Origin: an uncultured virus (IMG/VR IMGVR_UViG_3300048576_000363)
Taxonomy: Duplodnaviria; Heunggongvirae; Uroviricota; Caudoviricetes
DNA: 64,000 nt
Strand: one strand, 5' to 3'
Virus record (IMG/VR): IMGVR_UViG_3300048576_000363
Span: 62,001 to 126,000 of that record
The position numbers and the translations under genes are program-made. How positions within the stretch are numbered: the first letter of the stretch is position 1; every line of letters starts with the position of its first letter. Shown one piece after another: positions 8,568-20,500 of this stretch. Under the pieces are notes generated by a model. It saw only the letters and a program-made list of their open reading frames with translations, was not told where the DNA came from and did not search any database.

Positions 8568-11500
8568 TTAAACCCCTACTCTTAGAGATTGATCAGATGT
8601 ATTTAACCAAACTTCCCCTGCAACAGCTCCAGCATTTGCTTGCGAAGTACCTGTTTTTATACCACTCAAAAACATATTACCTCGAATAGTTAGAGTGTTA
8701 TTTATAATATTATGTGTATGATTATTTTGAGTATCTAGTGTTTTAAGATACCCAGATGTCATCACTCTAGTATTTGTTCCACTATAACCTACTGCTACAA
8801 AAATCCCATTTTCATAACAAATCGATGCCCAAGAGTTATCTATCACAGATGTCTTTGATGTCCAAGTAATACCATCAGGAGATGTCATTACTCTATTACT
8901 TGTACCTGAATTTGACACAGCTACAAACAAACCATTGCCATAACAGACTGACACCCACTGATTATTCACAGCAGCTGACCTACTTGTCCAAGTGATCCCA
9001 TCAGGAGACGTCATCACTCTATCAGTACCGTTATAAGCTATAGCTACAAATAAACCGTTTCCATAACATATGTCATACCAATCATTGTCTGCTGCTGAAG
9101 TCTGTATAGTCCAAGTAATACCATCAGGCGAAGTCATTACTCTATTTCCTGTACCTGTTAAAGCTACAGCTACGAACAAACCATTACCATAACATACTTT
9201 ATACCAGTTGTTGTCAACAGGATTTGTTCTTGATGTCCAAGTGATACCATCAGGAGATGTCATCACTCTATTTCCTGTACCATTACTAGAGACAGCTACA
9301 AACAAACCATTGCCATAACATACACCGTCCCACTGATTTGCTGCTGCAGGTGTTACTAATGACCAACTTATACCATCATAAGAGATCATTGTTCTGTTAC
9401 TTGCGCCAGAATGTGCAACTGCAACAAAAACGCCATTTCCATAACAGACATCATACCAGTTGTTGTCAGCAGCTGACGTTCTTATTGTCCAGTTAACTCC
9501 ATCAGATGAAGTCATTACTCTGTTACTTGTACTTGATGATGCTACAGCTACAAACAAGCCATTTCCATAACATACACCATACCATAAGTTATCAGCAGCA
9601 GATGTTCTTGTTACCCAGTCATGTGCTGGATTTACTTTTAATCCAGAAAAATTCATGCTTCCAGTGATATTTTGTGTGCCTGTTATAGTTTGAATACCAG
9701 TAATGTTTTGCAAACCTGAAACAGTTTGAGTTCCTACTATATTTTGTGAACCTATCATGAGATCATGATTATGATTAGTCTGTTCCTCAAGAACATCCAT
9801 AGCACCAGATGTCATCACTCTATCACCAGTTCCTGAATAAGCTACGGCTACAAACATGCCTCTGCCGTAACATACTCCTCTCCAGTTATTATTTGCAGCT
9901 GATGTTCTTAAAGACCAAGTGATACCATCAGGAGATGTCATTACACGATTACCTGTTCCACTATAAGCAACAGCTACATACATTCCTTTTCCATAACACA
10001 CAGATGCCCAGCTATTGTCAGCTGCACTAACTCTTGATGTCCAAGTAATACCATCAGGAGATGTCATCACTCTATTTTTAACCCCTGAAGTTGAAACTGC
10101 TACAAAAAGACCATTTCCATAACATAAACCTCTCCAGTTATTATCAGCTGCACTTGTTCTAATAGTCCAAGTAATACCATCAGGAGATGTCATCACTCTG
10201 CTATTTGTTCCTGTTATTGATGTAGCTACAAACAACCCATTACCATAACATACAGCAAACCAATCATTATTTGCAGCACTTGTTCTAAGAGTCCAAGTAA
10301 TACCATCAGGAGATGTCATCACTCTATTTCCTGTGCCTGAATAAGCTACAGCTACAAAAAGACCTTCACCATAACAAATTGAAGTCCAATCATTATTTGC
10401 TGCACTCGTTCTACTTGTCCAAGTGATACCATCAGGAGATGTCATCACTCTGTTTCCTGTTCCAGTGTATGATACAGCTACAAATAATCCATTACCATAA
10501 CATACTGATATCCACTCGTTGTTAACTGGGTTTGTTCTTATAGTCCAATTAACTCCATCAGAAGAAGTTAATATTCGGTTATCTAAACCATCAACACTAG
10601 CCACAGCTACAAATATTCCATTGCCATAGCAGACGCCAAGCCATTGATTGTCTACTATAGATGCTCTTGTTGTCCATTTTATTCCGGGCATCATATCTAT
10701 ATTAGAAACAGTAAGACTTCCTGTTATGTCTAAATCATTATTGATTAACTTGTGACTATGTTTATTTTGCTCGTCTATAGTTTTTACAGCTCCAGAAGTC
10801 ATTGCTCTATTGCCCGTACCTGTATAAGATACTGCAACAAAACATCCATTTCCATAGCACACATTTACCCAACCATTGTCTACAGCACTTCTTCTAATTG
10901 TCCAAGTAATACCATCAGGAGACGTCATCACTCTATTTCCAACACCCGAATAAGCAATAGCTACAAACAAACCTTCTCCATAACAAACATTATACCAGTT
11001 GTTGTCAACAGGCGTTGTTCTGATTGTCCAATCAACACCATTTGGAGATGTCATTACGCGATTACTTGTCCCACTATAAGAAACAGCTACAAATAATCCA
11101 TCACCATAACACACAGATATCCAAGAATTGTCAACAGGTGTCGTTTGTATTGTCCAATTGATACCATCAGGAGATGTCATTACACGATTATTTGTTCCTG
11201 TTTCAGATACTGCTACAAATAAACCATTTCCATAACATACACCTACCCAACTGTTATCTACAGGTGTTGTTCTTAAAGTCCAATCAATACCATTAGGAGA
11301 AGTCATCACTCGATTTAGTGTTCCTGTGTAAGAAACAGCTACAAATAATCCATTACCATGACACACAGAAAACCAATAGTTATCAGCTGCTGAAGATCTA
11401 CTTGTCCAAACAATACCATCAGGAGACGTCATTACTCTATTGCCAGTTCCAGAATTAGATACTGCAACAAACAAACCATTGCCATAACAGACTTTATACC

Positions 11501-14500
11501 AGTTGTTGTCTGCTGCTGATGTTCTACTTGTCCAGTTAGCGCCATCAGGCGAAGTCATTACTCTATTTCCTGTACCTGTTATAGATGTAGCTACAAACAA
11601 ACCGTTTCCATAACATACTCCATACCAGCTATTGTCAACAGGTGTTGTTCTTGATGTCCAGCCTGTACCCGACAATGTAACGTTTTTACCAGAAACTACT
11701 AGATCCCCTTCAATGTCAACATCATTATTGAAAATACTATGACTATGATTGTCTTCAACATCTATTTGTTTTACAAAACCTGATGTCATCACTCTACCTG
11801 TAGTTCCTGAACCAGCTACTGCAACAAACATTCCATTGCCGTAACATGCACCATACCATAAAAGGTCTGCAGCAGTTATTCTTGATGTCCAGTTGATTCC
11901 ATCAGGTGACGTCATTACTCTACTACCTGTTCCTGAATAAGCTACAGCTACAAACATTCCATCACCATAACAAATACTATAAAATGCGACGTCAATAGGT
12001 GTTGTCCTTACTGTCCAATTGATACCATCAGGAGATGTCATTATACGATTATTTGTCCCTGATGATGCAACAGCAACAAACAAACCTTTTCCATAACATA
12101 CTGCTTGCCAGTTATTATCGACAAGTGTCGTTTGTATAGTCCAAGTAATACCATCAGAAGAAGTCATCACACGATTATTTGTTCCTGTTGCTGCAACTGC
12201 AACAAAAAGACCGTTTCCATAACATAGTCCTGCCCAACTATTATTAGCTGCTGATGTTCTAGTTGTCCAAACAATACCGTCTGGAGACGTCATCACTCTA
12301 TTTCCTGTTCCAGATATTGCAACAGCTACAAACAATCCATTACCATAACAAATATTATACCATTGATTAGATGCTGCACTTGTTCTGTTTGTCCAAGTAA
12401 TACCATCAGGAGACGTCATCACTTGATTACCTGTTCCAGTGTATGATACAGCTACAAACAATCCGTTACCATAACATACAGCATACCATCCTATGTCTAC
12501 AGGATTATATCTTGTTGTCCAGTTGACTCCATCAGGGGATGTCATTATTCTGTTGTTTGTGCCTGTACCCTGATAAGCAACAGCTACAAATAATCCATTA
12601 CCATAACAAACTTTTGACCAATCAGCATCAACAGATGAATCTCTTAATGTCCATTCTATACCAGGAACAACTTCTAAATCTGATACATTAAGACTCCCTC
12701 GTACATTAAGATCATTGTTTATAAAATTGTGAGTATGATCATACTGTTCATCTATCTCTTCTATAAAACCAGATGTCATGACTTTATCGTTAGTTCCTGA
12801 GAAAGAAACAGCTACAAACATCCCGTTACCATAACATACAGCATACCAGTTGTTAGCAACTGTAGTTGTTCTTGTTGTCCAATTGATACCATCAGAAGAT
12901 ATCATTACTCTATTACCAGAACCTGTTTGAGCTACAGATACAAAAAGTCCATTACCATAACAAACTCCTAACCACTGGTTGTCTACAGGCGATGTTCTTA
13001 TTGTCCAATCTATGCCATTAGGTGAAGTCATTACTCTATTACCCGTACCACTATTAGCTACAGAAACAAATAGTCCATTTCCATAACATACATCAATCCA
13101 TGCATTATCTACAGGAGTTGTTCTTAAGGTCCAAGTAATACCATCAGGAGATGTCATCACTCTGTTGGGAACTCCTGTACCATTAGCAACAGCTACAAAT
13201 AAACCATTACCATAACAGACTGAAACCCAAGGGTAATCTGCAGGTGTTGTTCCAATAGTCCAAGTGATGCCATCAGGAGACGTCATCACCCTATTTCCTG
13301 TTCCCGATGCTGCAACAGCTACAAACAATCCATTACCATAACAAACTTTATACCAGTTATTATCTGTAGGTGTTGCTCTAGCTGTCCAATTAATACCATC
13401 AGGAGACGTCATAGCTTTATTTGGAGGTGATGAAGTACTAGCAACAGATACAAACAAACCATTACCATAACAAACTGATCCCCAACTATTATCTGCTGCT
13501 GAAGTTCTTGATGTCCAGTTTACGCCATCAGGAGATGTCATTACTCTATTACCAGTTCCAGAGTTAGATGTTGCAACAAATAAACCATTTCCATAACATA
13601 ATCCATAAAAATTATTTGTTGGTGTTGTTCTACTTACCCAATCATATCCAGCTATAACATTACCAACACCTGTTGCACCTTGTTGTCCACCAGAAGGTCC
13701 TGTCACTCCCTGAAGTCCTGTTGCACCCTGTGGTCCACCTGATGGACCTGTTGTTCCTTGTAATCCTGTAAAACCTCTTACACCTGTTATACCAAATAAT
13801 CCTGTGAAACCTTGAGGCCCTGTAATACCTTGCCCAGTAACACCTTGAACTCCTGTCGAACCCCGAAGTCCAGTTGCTCCTTGAGGACCACCAAATGGGC
13901 CTGTCACACCTTGAATACCAGTTGTTCCTCTTAAGCCTGTAATTCCTTGTAGACCTGTCTCACCAGTTATTGCAAGCCCAGTAAAACCCTGTTCCCCAGT
14001 AATACCTTGTACTCCAGTTTGTCCTGTTATTGAAAGTCCAGTAATACCTTGTGAACCAGTTGTTCCTTGAAGTCCAGTAACACCCTGTTGTCCTCCAGTT
14101 GGCCCTGTAACACCTTGAAATCCTGTAAATCCTCTTAAACCAGTGATTCCTTGAGTACCTGTACCTTGTATTCCAGTTACTCCTTGTATTCCAGTTATAC
14201 CTTGTGTACCATTAAGACCTGTTATACCTTGAATTCCTGTTTGTCCCTGAATTCCATAACCTGTAGTTCCTTGACTACCAGTAACTCCTTGTGAACCATT
14301 TAAACCTGTTGAACCCTGAAGACCTTGACTACCTGTGACTCCTTGAGTACCTGTCTGTCCTTGACTGCCTTCTAATCCTGTAAAGCCTTGTTCTCCTGCT
14401 AAACCAGTTGTTCCTTGAACTCCAGTCACTCCTTGAAGTCCTTCCAACCCTGTCAAACCTTGAGATCCAGCAGTTCCTTGTGCACCTGTTGCTCCTTGAA

Positions 14501-17500
14501 GTCCTTCAATACCTGTTATTCCTTGTTGACCTTCAAGACCTGTTATTCCTTGGAGACCAGTAGATCCTTGAAGACCTTGTGCACCTGTAGTCCCTTGGAT
14601 TCCATTAAGTCCAGTAGTACCCTGATTACCATTTAACCCTGTCAATCCTTGAAGTCCAGTATCTCCTTGAATGCCTTGTGGTCCTTCAAGACCTGTGTTT
14701 CCCTGAATTCCATTTTGACCTGTAGTACCTTGGATTCCAATTAAACCAGTCTCTCCTTGAGTACCATTTAACCCTGTCAATCCTTGGAGACCTGTGATAC
14801 CCTGATTACCGTCTAAACCTGTAAAGCCTTGTATGCCAATACCTGTAGATCCTTGATTTCCTTCAGCACCAGTTGCACCTTGTAAACCATTTAAGCCAGT
14901 TGCTCCTTGTTGTCCAGTTTCTCCTTGAATACCTTGATTACCATCAAGACCATTTAATCCTGTAGAACCTTGAACTCCTTCAAGTCCAGTAGTTCCTTGA
15001 TTACCTTGAGCACCTGCTAATCCTGTTTGACCTTGTATACCATCTAAACCTGTAATACCCTGTAAACCATTTGAACCAGTAACACCTTGAGTTCCATTTT
15101 GACCTGTCACACCTTGTGTTCCGTTCAAACCTGTGTTTCCCTGAATTCCTTCTAACCCAGTTATTCCTTGCAGACCTATTGTTCCAGTTTGGCCTTGTAA
15201 TCCTGTTAAACCTTGAATTCCAGTAGTACCTTGCAAACCATCTAAACCTGTGCTTCCTTGTGTTCCCTGTAAACCAGTAGAACCTTGAGTACCAACTAAA
15301 CCAGTTGTGCCCTGAATTCCTGTACTACCTTGTTCACCTTGAGCTCCTTCTAAACCTGTAGCTCCTTGATCACCTTGTAAACCTTGTACTCCAGTAACAC
15401 CCTGTGTACCATCAAGACCATTTAATCCTGTTAAACCTTGCGATCCAGTACTACCTTGTTCTCCCTGTAAACCATTAAGTCCTGTTTGGCCTTGTGTACC
15501 TGTCTCACCTTGATTACCAAGTAAACCAGTGACACCTTGTGAACCCGTAACTCCTTGATTACCATTAAGACCACTTAAACCTGTTTCACCCTGTAGACCA
15601 AGTCCTGTAGAGCCCTGAAGTCCTTGTGCTCCTGTTTCACCTTGAAGACCTGTTACGCCAGAAGTTCCTATAGTTCCTGTACTACCTTGAGAACCTGAAA
15701 CACCTGTGTTTCCTTGAATTCCAGTAACACCCTGTGTTCCATTTTCTCCTTGCAAACCAGTAAAACCTTGAAACCCTGTGACACCTTGAGTTCCTTTTAC
15801 AGCAAGACAAAAGTTTGTTTTAGAATTATCTGAAAAAGAATTGCTATGATTGATATAAGTTAAAGAAGGAAATCTAACATAACCTGTTGCGTCTTCAGCA
15901 TCAGCATTTATAGAATAACTAGCAATTCTTGAAGCATCTTTTTCATCTTGTATATAGATGTAAGAACCTGCTTTACCTAAAAAAAGTAAGAAACTAGAAA
16001 TATCTACTGCAGAATCATTTAAGTTGTCGACAAATGCTGCTGTAACCAAAGACAAATCTGAACTATTAAGTTTAAAATTTCCCGAACCTGGATCAGAATC
16101 TGAGGTATTATTAGCAAAACGATATAAAGCACAAGAAGCTGACACACCATCAAGACCTTGAGTACCTGTAACTCCTTGAATACCTGTGTTTCCTTGTGAT
16201 CCCTGTAAACCTGTTGAACCTTGAACTCCATCAACTCCTGTAATACCTTGAGTACCTTCTACACCAGTTGTTCCTTGTACTCCATTTATCCCAGTGTCAC
16301 CTTGCAGACCTTGTAAACCCGTAACACCCTGAAGCCCTTGAGAACCTGTATTTCCTTGAATTCCTGTTGCACCATTTAATCCTGTAAAACCTTGTAATCC
16401 TTGTCCAGTTTCGCCTTGAATTCCTGTTATTCCTCTTAATCCTGTCTGTCCTTGTCCCCCAGAAACTCCTGTTGAACCTTGTAGACCATTTAATCCTGTC
16501 AATCCTTGAGAACCAGTGTGACCTTGAACTCCTTCAAGTCCAGTAGTTCCTTGATTACCTATTAAACCTGTTTGACCTTGTGTTCCAGTTTGACCTTGTT
16601 GTCCCGTAGTACCTTGACTACCACTTAATCCTGTCAAACCTTGTAAACCTGTAGATCCTTGATCGCCTATCTCGCCTTGTGAACCTATTCCAGTTTGACC
16701 TTGTAAACCTGTTGTACCACGCAAACCTGTAACACCTTGTTCTCCTTGATATCCTGTAGATCCTTGAATACCAGTATTACCTTGACTTCCTGTAGCACCT
16801 TGAGGACCATTAAGACCTGTTATACCTTGAAGTCCTGTATTACCCTGTGCACCAGTCAATCCTTGTACGCCTTGAGAACCAGAAAGACCTGTAGTTCCTT
16901 GTTGACCATTTAAACCTGTGAATCCCTGTGAACCTGTAGATCCTTGTAATCCTGTAATACCTTGGTTACCTATAGTACCCTGTAATCCTGTTTGTCCTTG
17001 AAGGCCTGTCTGACCCTGTGAACCTGTGCTACCTTGAAGACCGTCAAAACCTGTTGTACCTTGTAATCCAGTATTTCCTTGAAGTCCTGTCTCTCCCTGA
17101 ACTCCAGCAGTGCCTTCTAAACCTGTAACACCTTGTATTCCTGTATCACCATTTGAACCTTGTAATCCTGTCACTCCCTGCAAACCAGTTGCACCAACAC
17201 CGGAAAGACCTGTAGTACCCTGAGCACCAGTTTCTCCCTGTTGTCCTTCTAAACCTGTTGCACCTTGAGTTCCTGCTTCACCTTGTAGACCTGTCTCTCC
17301 TTGTATTCCTGTATCACCATTGTTTCCAGAGACACCAGTTACACCTTGAAGACCAGTTTGACCAACTCCAGCAAGTCCTGTAGCTCCTTGAGCTCCAGTA
17401 ATCCCTTGTAAATTGCCTAAACCAGTAATATTACCAGTGATAGCCAAATTACCTTCTAAAAATAAATCTCCTGTTACAGTCAAACCACCGTTCAATTGAT

Positions 17501-20500
17501 TGTCAAGAGTCGTTATATTGGCTTTTTGTCTACCACTTGTAAGTATATATCCTTCTGTTGTTGTAGCAATGAAAACACCATTACCACTACAATTTGAGTA
17601 TATAGAAAGGTCAGGTGTTGTCCGTTCTGTCCATGTTATACCATCTGTAGAAGTCATAATTTTTTTTGTAGAAGTTTGATACGCTGCAGTAGCTACAAAA
17701 ATACCTTCACCATAACTAATACTTGTTATAGGTTGTGTAAAAGGCACAGTTTGTACAGACCAGTTTACACCATCAGAAGATGTAAGTAGAGAAGGATCAG
17801 AACCTATTTGAACACCACCTGCCATCACAAATTTTCCATTACCATAACATACGCCAAATATTGAAAGACTTGGCACTGGAGGTGCAACAGTTGTCCATGA
17901 AGTTCCTGAAGATGATAAAAACACACGACCATCTACACAAACAATTACAAAAGTGTTATTCCCGAAACAAGAAGTCGAAGGTGAGTTATCAACAGGTGGA
18001 ATTAAAGATGTCCAACTGACACCATCATGAGATGTCATAAATCTGTTTCCAGGTGTATCATATGCTGCTGCTACAAAAATACCATTACCGTAAGATACAG
18101 TAACCCAACCTAATGTGTTATCCGATGCAGCTCTACGTGTCCAGTTAATACCATCAGATGATGTTAAAACTCTATCATTAACACCATTTGTACTTACAGC
18201 AACAAATAATCCGTTACCATAACAAATTCCACCCCAAAAATCATCTCCAGTAATATTACGTGAAGTCCAATTAACACCATCAGGTGATGTTAATAAAACA
18301 TTACCTGAAGATGCTAAAGCAACAAACATGCCATTCCCATAACAACATCTCACTAAACTTAAAAGTTGATTTGGAGTTCTTGTTGTCCAAGTTGTGCCTA
18401 TAGTTGTATCAGCAGAAATACCAAAATATGAAGCAGGAACAGATTTTAAAATGTTAGAACCTTCTTCTTTTACAATAACACTCCCAGGAGAAGAAGACTC
18501 TTGCGTATTTAAGTCTACAGAATCAGTAAAGTAATGTAAACCATTATATTGATTAATAGATGAATTTGATTTATCTATAGAAAAGCCACTTGACATAACT
18601 CTATTGCCAGTACCACTATTTGCTACAGCTATAAAAGAACCATTACCATAACATATTGACGACCAATCATTTGTTGCTGAAGTCTTTATTGACCAAACAA
18701 TACCATCAGACGATGTCATGACGCGGTCATTTGTTCCTGTATTAGATATAGCAATAAAAAGACCATTACCATAACATACAGATTTCCAGTTATTATTTAA
18801 TGCTGAAGTTCTACTTGTCCAAGTAATACCATCAGGAGAAGTCATTACACGGTTATTCGTTCCTGTATCAGCAACAGCAACAAACAAGCCATTTCCATAG
18901 CACACTGAAGTCCAATTATTGTCTATTGCTGAAGTCCTGATAGTCCAAGTAAAACCATCAGGTGATGTCATCACTCTATTACCAGTTCCACTATTAGATA
19001 CAGCAACAAATAAACCATCACCATAGCATATCGAAGTCCAACTATTATTTGCTGCTGAAACTCTAGCTGACCAGTTATTACCATCAGGTGAAGTCATTAC
19101 TCTATTGTTTGAACCATTCCCGCTAGCTACAGCTACAAATAATCCATTCCCATAACAAACAGAAGACCAGTTATTATTATTAGTAGCATTTTTTACATAC
19201 CAAGTCACACCGTCACTTGAAGTTATTACTCTATTTGTTGCACCTGTATTAGCTAAAGCAACATATAACCCATCACCATAACAAACAGCGATGTAATTGT
19301 TATCAAGAATGTTGTTTCTTGTATACCATGTACAACCATCATGAGAAGTCATTATTCTATTAAGACTTCCTGATGTAGCTACAGCAACAAAAAGATCTTT
19401 ACCATAGCATACTGAAGACCAGTTGTTATCTGCAGCACTAGTTTTACTTTCCCAATTAATTCCTGATATTATATCTACACCTGCAACTTCAAGATTCCCA
19501 AACATTTTAACATCGTTATTAACAAACTTATGTGTATGTTTTTCTTGTTCATATGCTTCTTCTAAATCACCGGATGTCATGACAGGAGAATAAGCACCAC
19601 TACTTGCTACAGCCACAAATAATCCATTACCATAACAAACAGAACGCCACGTGTTATATTCTCTCAAATATCTTATAGTCCAAGTAATACCATCAGGAGA
19701 TGTCATCACACCATCACATTTACCTCCAGATGAAAGCTGTGCAACAGCTACAAACAATCCTTTACCATAACAAACGCAAGTCCAATAGTTATCTACGGGA
19801 GTATATCTTGAAGTCCAAGTGATACCATCAGGTGAAGTCATCACACTATTATTTGTCCCTGTAGCAGACACTGCTACGAACAATCCCTTTGCATAACAAA
19901 CACTAAGCCATTGATTAGGAGATGCTGGTGTTCTACTTGTCCAAGTAATACCATCAGGAGACGTCATCACACTTCCCTCTGCAGATACTGCTACAAATAA
20001 ACCATTACCATAACAGAGTCCCCACCAGCTGTTATCAGCTGCAGAAGTTCTACTTGTCCAAGTAATACCGTCAGGTGAAGTCATCACACGATTATTTGTT
20101 CCTGTTTGTGCAACAGCTACAAACAAGCCATTACCATAACATACAGACACCCACCCATTGCTTGAAGCAGGAACTCTACTTGTCCAAGTAATACCATCAG
20201 GAGATGTCATCACAGAGCCTGGTGAGACAGCAACAAATAATCCATTACCATAACATACTGCTATCCATGCAGTATCAATAGCAGGTGTTCTGCTTGTCCA
20301 GTTTATACCATCAGGTGAAGTCATTACTTGATTATTCGACCCACTAACTGAAACAGATACAAACAAACCATTACCATAACAGACACCAAACCAAGCATTG
20401 TTTGATGCTGCAGATCTTTTTGTCCAAGTTACTCCAGCATTGGTTGAAACACCTGATACATATAAATCATTTGTTATTGTTACTTCATTATTAATAAATC